DNA from: Utricularia gibba
Lineage: Eukaryota; Plantae; Magnoliophyta
Reading direction: 5' to 3'
Assembly (NCBI GenBank): GCA_002189035.1
Contig: NEEC01000002.1
Location: 3,100,001 to 3,164,000 of the forward strand
DNA length: 64,000 nucleotides
Positions 1 to 13,200 of this stretch are shown one piece after another; position 1 is the first letter of the stretch, and each line of letters opens with the position of its first letter. The notes under the pieces are model-generated. The model was not told where the DNA came from, did no database searches, and saw only the letters and a program-made list of their open reading frames with translations. Position numbers and translations under genes: made by a program.

Positions 1-59
1 TGTAACCATCCGAAATGGAAACGGGTATAGGTTCAAGCAAAATAGCAAGACTATCAAAC

Positions 60-1930
60 ATGATTTCATCAGCACAAAAATGAGTAATAGGTATGATATC
101 TAGTATTCAATCCCTATTATTCAAAAAATTTAATGCAATATATAATTCGATATGTGTACCTACAAAATTCTTGAAGATATAATAAGTTTGTTCACTAGTG
201 TCTGTCTTTATGCAAGTTCTCATTAGCTTCAACATCTCTTGTTGTATAATCTTCCAGGAGTTGTCCTTTTGAAAGTCAATTCCATTGATTGACTGTTCAC
301 TAACATGTTAACCATGAAATTCAAAAGCATTAACCTTAGTCATGTTAATTGTTTGTATCTGCTGTTGACCCGTTATATGAATATCCATTCAATTTGTAAG
401 AAGTTTCTCAAGTGTCATTCTTGTTTACAATAAGTGCAATATCTCTCCTTTGGGTTTTTTTATTTCAAGTGAAATAACCGAAAATGATGTTGGTTGACTA
501 ATTATGACATGACTAACATGATGTTAATGTGTCAAATAGAACTCTCTTGTACCATATTTTTAACTCCTAGTTTTAGTCGTCACTTCACTATTATTGATGG
601 AATAGAAAATCGGTACATACCATGTGGAGGTGAACGAGGGCAGCTTGTACCCTCCCACGAGGCTACAAAAAAGTATCACAAATCGAGAATTTGAGCGAGA
701 CACAAAAAAGTAGCACAAATCAGCTAGAGGAACAGAACATCAAATCGGTTGCCATGGGACCACCCCGATTAAGGGTACAAATCGGATCTTGATGCCTGAT
801 GGTTGGACGCATGCGTATAGAAGTCGGGACATGGCAGTATTAGGTGATATCCATTTTGCAGAATCTGAAAAGAAGCTTATTAGTAGGAAACCATAACAGG
901 AGAGGGTTATTTGTCAATAGGACCAAATATGTGTAGACATACCTATTAGGTATAGAAAGTTGTTGACACTCACAATAGTTGATCGATCGAGCTTCTTTTA
1001 TATATATGAGAACATTGGAAGTACATAGCATGGGGTATTTGACACAATCCCCTCTTTTCATCACTTAGTAAAACCATTTCTATGATGGCCCCTTCTAGTT
1101 GCATGGTTTTTTCATTTCAATGGTTTCCACGTAAAAATTCCTTGGCTCCCTTTTCTACTTTACCCATTAACCGAAAACAAGATCAAAACTTGTATATCGC
1201 ATAATAACTCGAACCAATATTGAGAATTCATATCGATCCACTACATGGGTTTCAATCCACAATAGTTATCATCAGAGCATAGGCTTGATCCAAATATGGT
1301 TCCAGCTTCATGGAAATGATGTGATTAATAGTAGTAGCAACTTGTTCATTCAATCTATTCAGGAATTGCACAAATTTTGTTTGTTGTGATACTTGTCTCT
1401 TTGCACATTAAACATTGATTTATAGGCATTAGTCCATTCAAATCTATTCATAGATTTTTCATATGAGAGTAATACTCACATACTAATATTTGCCATTGTG
1501 AAATGTGGTACAATTCATGTTGAATGTGGAAAACTACTGCTAAAATCAGCTGCCCCAATTGTTTCTCTTTGATTTCCAAAAGCTCGTTTGTAGTTCCTAT
1601 CAAATAAAAATTGTTTACTGATTCCTATGATATAGAGTTCATATGTTAGCATTTGATCATCACATCTACTCTATTCCAAGCATTGTAGGTTAAATATGAA
1701 GTCAGTGACTGTGGAAGATGACCATTTACAAACACCAGTTTATTTTGAACTTGTAGGGCCATGGTCATGCTTTAACGCGAAGGTAAGAAGTTCTTGTTGG
1801 TCAAAGAAGAAGTCACCAAAGTGAGGCTCAAATTTTCAAACTCATGAACATACAATGGATCTGAAGCATCTAGCCCTTGATGTTGAAGGATCTTTAATAA
1901 TTTTTCCAGATCTAAGATATCACCACGAGT
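60..1930 (-). mobile_element. Decayed Ty1/copia gag-protease remnant, interrupted
   Basis: Minus-strand translation with stops gives DPLYVHEFENLSLTLVTSSL...MTMALQVQNKLVFVNG (copia gag N-terminus) near 1650-1900, a zinc-knuckle-like YCTYCK...YKLNGY near 380-460, and a protease-like (W)ILDIIPITHFC near 70-120. Confidence 0.55.
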
Positions 1931-3329
1931 TTATGTCAAAATTTCCAAAGAATTAGTCATTGTGTTTGGTTCATGCTCATTGTACCATGAACAAGTGAAC
2001 TAGTGAGGAAGAAGGACGTTATAGATGAAGAAATCAACAAACCCTACTCTGAAGACCAAGAATGGGAAGGATGAGCATAAAAACTCTTTTTGATTTCTCA
2101 CTCCAAAATAATTACATTGTCCAATTTATATTTTGTATAAAAGGGCAATTTGGTAAACTAATACAATAAAAGAATTGTATAAAGAAAAACTCAAAGTCAT
2201 CATGTATTCTGCAATTTCCTGCAACTCTATTGTCTTGATAATATGAGATAGCAAGAGATTTTATATGTACAAGTTTAGAAGGGCCCATTGAGTTTAATTA
2301 AAGATATAATATGGAAATAAACTCTTGGACAAGATTTATTAGGAAAATAAAGGAGATGAGGTTGACACCTAAAGAAAAAGAAAAGAATGCACATAATTAA
2401 GAGCTTTACACTTAGAAATGAGAGTATACTAAAAAAAAATGATTTTTTATGACTTTGCTCGGTGGAAAATGGTCTCTTGAATATTAATATCGTGAATGTA
2501 TCATAGATGGTATGATCATGAGCTTGTGAATGAGATAGATAAGACTACGATAAAGATCATGGTAACAATGTCAAGCATGAGTGCTTACTAGCACGAGGCC
2601 AATCATGTATCATGTGAACGGGTATGGACACATCAAGATGAACTCATTTGGTGAATATGCTAGGATATAAATAGGGGAGGAGCTCATGGATGGATGGGTA
2701 AGGCTACAACAATGACAGTGGCGATAAAGACAATCATGGATCGGTGGGTGTAGGCTAATGGTGTGTACTATTTGGAAGGGCACGAACACATGAAAGAGAG
2801 GACAAGATCTAATATGAGAGTTGGCGAGAATGATGGAGAAAGAAAAGATGTTATAGGGTTTGGGAGGAAATTTATGTAGAGGGAGTTTTATATAGATGTG
2901 TATAATATACTAGTTGAGAGGTAAACTATTACATTAGGATTGACTTCATACTTTTTCTATATAGGTGACGAGAATGACATGGTGGTTGATGTGGTTGAGG
3001 TGGGTCTAAGGTGAGAATAGAGATTGAGATGAGGTGTAGTGCAATGTGCATTAGGATGTGGTTATCTTCATTTTACTTGCATTTCTACTAATTATAGTGG
3101 ACTAGAATTGCTTTTTGTTGCGGTTTGAACCTCGCAATCATTTTTAACAAAATTTTTCTTAATGCTTGAAAATTACAAGCAGGATGTTGGTGATGGGAGG
3201 ATCTAGAATGAGGTCTTGTTAAAAGCCAACATTAGTTCAAAAGCAAATTTCTAGAGGCCATAGAATCAATTACTAGGGTGCTATATAGGATGACATCAAT
3301 CAAAATGAAGTAGTTTAAGTTATAATTAA

Positions 3330-3620
3330 ATGATCTTATGGAGAAGGAATTTATTAGACCGAGCGTTCCATCTTGAAAAGCACATATGCTGTTCATCTAG
3401 AATGAGCAACACAATGCAATTATGTATGGATTATCGAAAGTTAAATAAGATGATATTAAAGAATCGCTACCTCTTACCATGTATAGAAGAATTGTTCTTC
3501 CAACTACAAGAATTGTTTGTGTCCTCTAAGATAAAATTGGGATCATGACTAAATATAGTTATCGATGAATAAGATTTCATGAATTTTATTGATGAGATAT
3601 TTATGTACATCTAGAATGAC
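3330..3620 (+). mobile_element. Ty3/gypsy reverse transcriptase fragment
   Basis: ORF 3330-3548 reads LCMDYRKLNKMILKNRYLLPCIEELFFQLQ, matching the gypsy RT motif CIDYRxLNKxTIKNxYPLPRIDDLFDQL. Confidence 0.6.
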
Positions 3621-4714
3621 ACACATACTTATTCTACTCCATGAGGGTGTGTATACACTTTACATGGATGTTCAAGTATAAGACTATGATGTCTAACTAA
3701 CATGCAAGAGTGGGATACATGCTTTACATGAATGCTCAAGTATAGGACTATGATATGTTAGTTGTTTATCATGTAGATTTATTCATATCTTAGGGATTTT
3801 AAATATGAAAAAAATATAAAAAGGATGTTATTCATATTTTATGTTAGATAAAGTATCATACATGGAGATTATTCTTTTTTATCTCATGAACCATTGTTAT
3901 GAAGTTATTCAAAACCATTATTAAGCTCTTTAAAACTTCTTAGGCATATTATGAATTCTATAGACTTGTCAAATTCTATTAAGATGTTTATTCAGTATTA
4001 AATACTACTGAGATATCGTGTATCAAACATTATTATATTTTTTCATAAGTCTTTATTCTCAATCATATTTTCTTTGTGGGATCTTGCCCTCCATTGTATA
4101 CCCAAACGTTCCTTTGTGGGTAACTTCAGCACTGCATATGAGTATTCCATTCATAAACATTATCTTTTCAAGCATTGCATCACCTTGGTTCTTGGTTTTG
4201 TGGAACCCGACACACTGAAACTCTTGCGTGAGGCTTTCTCCTCAGGCGCATCATATCGATAGTGCCACTAAAGCACTTTCTTTTCAATCACCGGTGTGTG
4301 CGGATGCTATTTCATGACGATTTGATTCTGGTCCTCGTTGTTTAGGTGAGTGAATCACCCGTCATGTGTTTTGCTTTCCCCCAAGTGGCGTCTAATTAAA
4401 TTGGATTGCGCAATGAATGATTGATTTCCTCTCAGTTCAATTATTGCAATAACGAGGCAGGGGCCTCGCGACGGGGACTGGTGCCTCCAACTCTGACCTG
4501 AGCCGCTTCTTTAAATCTGGTCTGGTCCGAGTACCCACACCTCATCTCGCCCAACTAAACCAGATGGATGGTCCATATGCTTGAAAATCACTGCGAAAAA
4601 GAGTTCCCAGTTCCCACTAAAATTTTCACACTCTACGCAATTACAACACCTCATCCATGATCTATCTGTCAGTCCCTCCACCGGGGTTTCCGGCCACTAC
4701 CACCGGTTTGGTAT

Positions 4715-6394
4715 TCATGGTCTGGGGGGTATTCTCCAGGCAGACGCCGCGATGAGAGGTTGATTTTGCCACCCTAACATCAAGCACCCGCTGCGCTCAT
4801 CCACGGTGTAGCCATTGCCGCCGGAGCTAGCGAGGATCAACATCGCTTGCTTGTGCACGTTCGAGCCGAGGTGAACGGGCTCGAAACCGGCCGAACCGAA
4901 CCGGTTTCTCCATTGCGCCAAGCTCTCATGCCTCTCCACCCTGTCCTCACCCTCACAGGCAACCACATTGCAGATTTGCTGACCCAAGTACAGCTCGCTC
5001 ATCGCCTTATTCTCCTCGCTGCCGCCGCTGCAGCTTTCGAGAGAATCGAAGAAGGCAGAGTAGTAGTGGAGAGCACTGGTGAAGCGGTCGTAGAAGAATT
5101 CCCCACTGTGACTGGCTTCCTGTTCAACGACGGTGAAGATCTGAGGTTTAGATTCGACAACCAGCTGGAGAACTTTGTCGATAGCGCCTGGACGGGCAAG
5201 CATCTGGTGCAAATCGAAAATAGAATTCACGGCGACTGTTTCCCCTTCTTTGATGTGCAACATGGAAGCATCAAGATCTGCCAGTGAATTCACCACAATT
5301 TTCCTATAATCAAACGCCACACGGAACTCTTTCGCGAAACGAGATAAATTCAATCCAACTTCCTGCAAACTATCTGACTGTTCAGGGGGGCCGACCCCGG
5401 TCAGCCGGAAAGTCGGAGCGCCGTCGGGGACATTGGCGAGAGCATGCAGAAGAGGGGGCCACTGCATGCCTTGGTTTATACTGAAATCAATGACGTGAAC
5501 ATGTTTTTTACCTGCAAAAGCTTCGAGAATAGCTTGATTGGCAGTGAAGTGGGCGAATTTCAGATATGGGCAAGCATCGTAGAAGTGATTCTGCAACTTA
5601 TGGTTGATAGCATAATCCCGCAGATTCGTGGGAGCCTTGTGGATTCTCCTATTTAAAGCTTCTTGGAAACAAAGAGCTACTCTTCTCATAGCCCCAGCTT
5701 GAGAAACACCTAGAACACCGATGGTGTTGACCAAGGCTTCAGCCAATTTCAAATCCTCCTGCTGAACTGCTTCAGCACACGCCATTAAAGTGTGCACCAG
5801 TCTGATTCCGTTTTCCTCCGAATCAACGAGGAGAGGGCGCGGTAGATCAGAACCGCGACCCAAATCTTCCACATACGACGACGATGATAGCCGCGGCGAG
5901 ATTTTGGCTTTCTTCGCTGGCGGCTGATGCGCCTTCTCTACTGACTCGTCTACAGGGTAAATCGCTTTTCCGGGTATAGCGATAAGATCCGACCCGAAAT
6001 CGAGGTTAACCGCCATCCGATCGGAGATATTGGCCCTGCTACTGCTGTTCTCCGCCGCGGGAGACTCGAGAAAAGGAGCTGCAGAGGAATCGAGTTCTGG
6101 CAAGGAGAAAATCCCAGAACGCATAGACTCAAGCCAAGAGAAAATATCCGAGGGATTGTGATGAACAGTATCCGCAGCAAGCTCAGAGAACCCATCCTCC
6201 GGAGTGCTCCACATCGCCATCTCAATCTGCTGTATTTTCTCGGCGACCCTCGCCATTTCCGACGGTTTCACGGTGTATCCCAGAAGGCTGAAAAGCTCAT
6301 CTTCCTTCTCGGCGGAAGCCCACCTAACCTTATCAGAGGAACAATTTCCCCAAGAATTCGAGGAATTCTCGTCGCTCAAGTGCTCCCTCTTCAT
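4715..6394 (-). CDS. GAI: DELLA protein (GRAS family, GAI/RGA-like), intronless, 559 aa
   Basis: MKRE start; DELLA-like DELFSLLGY; TVHHNPSD; GRAS domain with LVHTLMACAEAVQQ, PYLKFAHFTANQAILEAF, VHVIDF, RVERHE and C-terminal SAW. Confidence 0.95.
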   Translation of the reverse strand: MKREHLSDENSSNSWGNCSSDKVRWASAEKEDELFSLLGYTVKPSEMARVAEKIQQIEMAMWSTPEDGFSELAADTVHHNPSDIFSWLESMRSGIFSLPELDSSAAPFLESPAAENSSSRANISDRMAVNLDFGSDLIAIPGKAIYPVDESVEKAHQPPAKKAKISPRLSSSSYVEDLGRGSDLPRPLLVDSEENGIRLVHTLMACAEAVQQEDLKLAEALVNTIGVLGVSQAGAMRRVALCFQEALNRRIHKAPTNLRDYAINHKLQNHFYDACPYLKFAHFTANQAILEAFAGKKHVHVIDFSINQGMQWPPLLHALANVPDGAPTFRLTGVGPPEQSDSLQEVGLNLSRFAKEFRVAFDYRKIVVNSLADLDASMLHIKEGETVAVNSIFDLHQMLARPGAIDKVLQLVVESKPQIFTVVEQEASHSGEFFYDRFTSALHYYSAFFDSLESCSGGSEENKAMSELYLGQQICNVVACEGEDRVERHESLAQWRNRFGSAGFEPVHLGSNVHKQAMLILASSGGNGYTVDERSGCLMLGWQNQPLIAASAWRIPPRP

Positions 6395-6920
6395 CGCTTA
6401 TCACTGGATGACCACGAAAAAGGAGGAAACAAGCTAACAGATGAATTAGGAAGAAGAAGAATTCACCAACGGGGTGAGCGGCGCTTGGTTTTCCAACCGG
6501 CAGCAGGGAGAAAGATAAAAAAAATGGAAAATGAGTCAGTGCGTGTTATCTGCGTGCGTCGGAGAGAGATGCCATTGGAGAGTGCAATAATGAAGCCAGC
6601 GCAAAATCATCCACACAAATTTAAAACAAATAAATAAATAAATATTAATTTCAGACATGCTACCAGTTTCTTTTTTTATTAAAAAAAAAACTACCCCACA
6701 GGCAAAGAACTGAATCCCGGTATCGGTTCTGATCACTTTGTAATATTTTAAATGATATCTCTTTTTTTTTTCTTCCAAAGAATATTAAAGTTATTGATAA
6801 TATATTATAAATATTTATAATTAAATTTCTAATACACTAATATCAAACAATCTTTTAGAGTCATTATTTTTCACATTATATAATTTTTATTTTTGCCGTG
6901 ATGTTAATAGGCAGGGCACT

Positions 6921-7201
6921 GGGGCTACTTTTTAGCACACTGTGGGAAAGTGACTTGACAAATCTCTTAATTGGTAACTTTTGGTAAACCATTTTCGCAC
7001 CCTGCTGCTGGCTGCTGCCTTTGAGTGGGTAAATTCCGATGCGCTGTCAAATAATATTTTGCTGACTCGGTGACTTTTTATTCAATTTCTTTCATGAAAA
7101 AATGGAAGCACCGGACCGGATTGCCGGCCGGAGCGGCGACGCGTGGGAACACGTCTGCACAGTCGCGTGGCCGGCAGGGGCTACTTTTTATTAGGCACGT
7201 G
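6921..7201 (-). promoter_or_regulatory. GC-rich upstream region of the DELLA gene with a duplicated 14-mer and a G-box
   Basis: GGGGCTACTTTTTA at 6921-6934 and 7177-7190; CACGTG at 7196-7201; the region is a GC island within AT-rich flanks, about 0.5-0.8 kb upstream of the ATG. Confidence 0.4.
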
Positions 7202-10200
7202 GAGGAAGAGTTGCGTCTCACTGTGTAATTAGACTGCGGTCAGTCAGATCTGGTGGAGGGGGAATTGACCAGAGGACCCCTCTCTCCCACGACGTCGGCG
7301 TTGGGCAAGCCGTACGAATGACGGAAAGATAACGCCGTCACTGCTCAGCCTTATCCCCTACCAGTGGAAACTGCTTTTTTTTTCCTTTTTTTTTGTCTAG
7401 GAAATAAACAGACCGGTGGTGTGGGCCCTTGGAGGCGTATGAGTAATTTTTAGATTTAATTTGCAATATACTCATGAAAAAAAATTGATTGGTTATATAA
7501 TCTTATTTTAAAAATCATTAAAAAATAATTAAATTTCTCAAAAAATTAATTATTTTTATTATTTATATATTTAGGTTGAGTTATATATTTATATTTATAA
7601 ATATAATTTTTTATTTCATAAAAATATACTTATAAATGCATTTTATATATATAAAATTATTACAAATTTTATAGTATTATATTTTTATTTAATTAATACT
7701 GATATACTTTCAATAATCATAATATTATTTTGAATAAATAATAATTTAACTTTATTTAATGTAATATAATACATTTGAAATAAAATATTTTTAAATTACA
7801 TTTTTATAGCAAGGATACATGCACTTTGAATAGTCCCGACCTGGTATAAGTGAATGCCATGACCAATGAATGGTATATGGCTATGGTAAGGATGCATATA
7901 AAGGTAATAAATGTAGTTTTTATATAAACTATGTTTTAAAAATTATGTAATTATTGTTTATATAATTATAATTATATAAATATTTACATTTTTTAAATAT
8001 GATAATTATTTTTATTGTATAAATATGATATTGTATAATATGTTTAAAAAAGTAGATGATGATAGTGAAAATCGACATCGTACCACATAGGTAAAAAAAG
8101 ACCAAAGTATACTAAACAATGAGACCCAAAATCAAAGATCGATATAAAGCTAGAGAAATGAACTAGAAGAATCAGTTATAAAATTTAAATCAATGCTAAA
8201 GCCTAAATCAGCTAAATGGAACTGAAAGAATAGATCAGCTTATGAATAATGAATTGGCCTAGAGAGACTGGTAAATCGACTACACATCCAGATGAAAACA
8301 AGAAAGAGATAGTATATATAGTTGTTTGTAAACAGCCTAAAATGTTATTGATCTGCACGAGTTTAGAGCATGAGACGGTTATCCATCGGTGAAACCGCAA
8401 ATGAGATTAAACAAATATTGTTAGGCACAAAAAGTAAATGATCCTCTTAGAATCAATCGGCAATGGCTCGTTTACAAGTAGGAGCGCAGTTTATTTTCTT
8501 GCATTTAATGAAAATAAATGAATTGTATCACAAAGTAACACTGATAGAATAGAAAAATATTTGGGCAAGGTAACGCCCACATGAAGATCCTTAGATGGGA
8601 TGGACTAGGAAAACGAATGCATAAGAATCAGTTTCGTACAACTACAACTTCAATAGAAGTACTTTTAGAAATAATTATCGGATAAAACATTTGTTACTTC
8701 TACTCCATATGAACTTGAAAGAATTAAGCGTTTCAATTTTTTTGGAAGTTGTGATACCTATATTCTAATAAAAATTGAAGTATTTCTAAAATTATTTTTG
8801 TAGAGTTGTTTTTTGGAGTCACACCAAACAAATCTTAAGTATGATTCAAGGTGAAAGTTCAAGGTTGGAATTCTCTTACTAAAGGAGATGTTTAAGTGGA
8901 ACAAACTCCACCCATCAAACACTCTACTACACAAAGTGTCAAAGAAGATAGTATCCAATCCATAGAAGAGGACTCGGGTAGAAAATGCCCGCTTATTCTT
9001 GAAAGATGTTTCACCTTAGAAGAACAAGACACGAGAATGCAATCCCCGAGAAGGAAGATGGAACCTGCACCTATCAACTAGCACCTAGGTAGGGGCGGAG
9101 CTTGGGGATAAACCGAACCGAACCGAGCCTTGTCCTGCCCTAAAAAAAATAATATTTCAAAACCCTTATACACATGCAAAATCGACCCTCCTCAAAAACG
9201 CATTCGAACTCCATTACTGCACCTAGGTCGAGGGGACTCCAGAAGACAAGTGATAATTTAGCACTTAGAGAGCATAAGCAAAACGCCATAACCCATGGAG
9301 TGCATCACCTCACCTTGCATAATGATCAAGAAATGAATAGGGTGCATCAAGGCAAGAGTGTCCATATGAGGTGTAGCCAGTGTATGGATAGGACCACAAG
9401 CACTCATAACAACAACAAACATTGAATATCTAGAGAGGGCACTGCTGTTAAACTCAAGCAACGACTATGTCAAGAATGCTTGAATAAAATCCAAGCACTG
9501 CTGTTAAACTCAAGAGCTCGGCACCCTCCTCTAGAGTAAATCCATAAGAACAAAATGCATGAGAAGCCTCAACACACGGTAACTAGATGTGTCAAAATGT
9601 TAGGCGATCAAGCAAACCAACCTTGTAACTACTTTTCAAAAGTATCAGATGGCATGTGCACTGTACTAGGGATTTCGGAGATTTTCGTATTTGTTAGTTG
9701 AATACCTTTTGGCGGATTCGTGAAAGCACTACAATAAAAGTTGGAAGTACTCACATTTCTAGGGGTTCGCTATACAGTTATCGCAAAAAGGAATAAACCT
9801 TTAATACTATACTATTAGAACAAAATAATCTCATATTGAGATTTGAAATTAAAATAATGAAATATCTAAAAAATTATAGATCATTAATAATTGATTAAAT
9901 TTAATTTTTTCTAATGTGATTCATTTTCTTGTATAATTAGGTTTTACGTATAATTGTCCAATACATCGGATATTTAATTTCAAGCACACCAAATATTTCA
10001 CTATAAATATTCATAATTCAATAATTATATATACTTATTTATCGCATGTTTAAAAAGAATAAAATAATATCATATTTTGGTATCATAGAATTCATTAAAC
10101 TACTTTACTATATGAACAGCTGTATGATCAAGTGCATGGAAGCCCGTCACTTACATGGAGACTTGGAAAGCACAAATAAGCAAAATAATCACTTGAATAT

Positions 10201-13200
10201 GACCACAACGCCTACTCGGATGAGAAATCACCCTCTAAAAGATAACGTCCAAAGGGAGTTATACTGATAATAAACCTTTTCCTAGAAGCGCAATTATCTA
10301 GATGACATACATCCGAAAATATATAATACATAATTTCTCTCGAGAGCAGATCTCTGATTCAAAGTCTCATTTGCCTCGGAAAAGCACAATCTAAACACCC
10401 TTTGCAAGGCTCACCCACGACAAATGAAACTAGCGCACCATAGCTCAGTTGTTAGTGAACCCACTTGCTTACTCCAATTATGGAAGGGAAAGAATTTTTA
10501 CTATCTTTTCTTCATTCGGCAATAGCTTGAAAGTAAGTGGTTATAACTTGCACCTAATCAAAGGAAGAAAATTCATTGGAGATCAAATTTTGGGAGAATG
10601 CCTATAAAAGCCCTTAAAAGATGCAATATACGGGTGGAGGGAGATAGGATCTAAGATCTCACCCATCAATCAGAAATTATGCATGAGAAAACACATTTGG
10701 TTGTAGTTTTATATTATTAGATTGTCAAATTATGTGTTTTAGGTACTAGTTTGGATATTTTGATAATTATTAAAACATAATCAATGTTCATTTGTTTTTC
10801 ATTAGTAATATAATCGGGATACAAACAAGACCTTTTACATCAAAAAATTGGAAAGGCGCAGAATAAAGATAGGAGCAAAGATGGAAAAGAAGCAAAAAAA
10901 AAAGAGTAATTTTTTTTCTTTTCAAAAGTGGTGGAGTAGAAAAGCAATAAAAAAAGAAGGTTTAGTGCATCTGCCTTATCCCGCAAGAGGAATAAGATAT
11001 TTTTTGTAAGTGATGTCTGGCATCTTTTAGACATCAGCCACCACATTAGGGTGACCATTCTTTGAACAAGAGAACTTCTAGGGGATGGAGGAAGATGAAA
11101 TAAAGAAAAGGAACACTTTAATCTATCTCAAAATTCTAGCAATGTAACTAAAATGGAATTGAACAGTATGCACATAAAATTAGAACTTAGAGCATGTTCT
11201 GTATATTTTCTTCATTTTACATTTTCATTTATTAAGAACGGGAATGTGACAAATGAGAATAAGTTTATTTATACATTCTATATGGTAGTGTATTTTTAAG
11301 AATGAGAATTTAAATTGTGAGAATGAAAAATGCAAAAATATTTATGTTCTGTTTTTTTTTTTTTTTTACATTCTCATTTTGTAAAATAAGAATACAACAG
11401 AAAAATGAATTGGTTGTTGATTTCTTGTTTAGACTTACCATGGCATTGTGTTGATTTTTAATGTATATGCTTTCATTCAATTACTTTAATATGTTAGATT
11501 TAATAGTTCATTAGGATAAATGAAGGTTGTGTAGTAATTTTAACTCCTTTTTTATATGAGTTTTGGCTTGTTTTGGTATTTTACTATCCTTTTTATAGAA
11601 AAAATCATGATGAGTAAATCAGGCAGATATATTTGAGCAAAACAAATAGAATTCGATAGATCTAATTCTATTTATTCCAAGAAATGTAAAAGTGTGTAGT
11701 AGTTAGGAAAACTTGAGCATGTCAAATATCGAAAATCTAATAAATAACCTTAATATACTTAAGTTGTTTCGGTTTGTGGTATTCTAAAATATGTGAATTA
11801 GAATTTGTTCCACAGTTTTTTTTTTTTTTTTACTTTGATAGATTTATATTATATTATTTTTTTCATAAAATAACTTGTTGGTGGATTTGTGAAAAAAAAA
11901 ATAAGAAAACAAGTAGATGGTAACCCTGAAAGATAACAAAAATCGGTAATGTTCAAACACTAAGGATTTCACTAAAAATTGAAGAAAAAGAACAAATTCA
12001 CATTAGTGTTCTAAGAACTCCGAGGAGCATATTTTGATTTCTATAGAATACTCTTTTACCAAAACGTTGATTCATGTTCTCTTCTTATTCATTATTTATA
12101 TACTCACAAAAAATGTTGATAAGAAGACGGAAATTTTCCCTTTTCCCATCTTTTCTGATTATATCTTCTTAGAGTTGAGATGGAAGGTATGCACTGCCAT
12201 TGCTGGGGTAATGACCCCCAATTCATTTTTAATGGAAACCATCTTTTTTTCGTGTGAATAAAAACCACAATTTCATGTTTTACAAGTTAGAAAAACTCAT
12301 GTTTTTCACTTTTTGCATTACATAATCACAACCCGGCAATAAATTTCATTGTTTGTAGAGAGAAATCATTTGTCAAATTTTTCTAACCGCAATACCTTAT
12401 AATCACATTAAACCTGTAGAGTTGTGAAACTAATGCTTGATCTAGTTGTTGCTAATTTGTTGATGTGGTAACTACACTTTAAATCTGATTATGCAAGATG
12501 ATTTGTCTATTATTGATAAGTAAATTTAAAAAATTGGTAAAAATATAATTTATTGGATTGCAATATTAAAAAAATGATATCTATCTTATATATTTTTATA
12601 GAATATTTAATGAGTTAGCTATCCACTCATATCAGTTTAATCTATCATATACATTGATTGTTCGCACATATGTCTATTTTTAATTCATAATTACACTTTT
12701 TCTAGTAATTGATTACAAAATACTTGAAATGTTTGTCATTCCATCGATGAAAAATAGACTAAAATGGATTGTATGAGATGATCTTTATAACTCATTTGCG
12801 TTTCTTTGATATTTTTTGTATAAAAGTATGTGATTATTTTCAAATTTCCTGTTGATTCTATTAAGTACATAATTTCCAGCATTTTATCCTTCCAAATGAT
12901 TCGAAAAAGATCATGCCTCCTTGCACACATTTGGCATTCATCACATATGGCAAAAGATATCACCTCTCTTTGATTCAAATTCTTTAAAGAAGATGATATG
13001 CTATTAATTGAAGTTAATATTATTATACGCATCTCTTTCACTTAATACTCTAGCTCTTATATATCTCATTCTCATCTTACTATCATAACTCATTATTTAA
13101 ATAAATGATTTATAATAGTGCATTTTGGGAAAATACACTTATTTATTTGTATTATATAAAAAATATACTTATTATTTAACTCACTTCTTTCACCTCAACT

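Noticed and set aside
665-721. Direct repeat ACAAAAAAGTAxCACAAATC
   Set aside because: Two units only; probably a transposon subterminal remnant, with no termini found.
4847-5287. 146-aa plus-strand ORF, and 6158-6637 (159 aa)
   Set aside because: Antisense shadows of the GC-rich DELLA CDS with no recognisable motifs.
9090-9142. 53-bp mini element with TAGGG-like inverted ends and AACCG repeats
   Set aside because: Imperfect ends and no target-site duplication; too short to call.
10433-10460. tRNA A-box-like TAGCTCAGTTGTTAG
   Set aside because: No B-box, anticodon arm or acceptor stem, so neither a tRNA nor a clear SINE.
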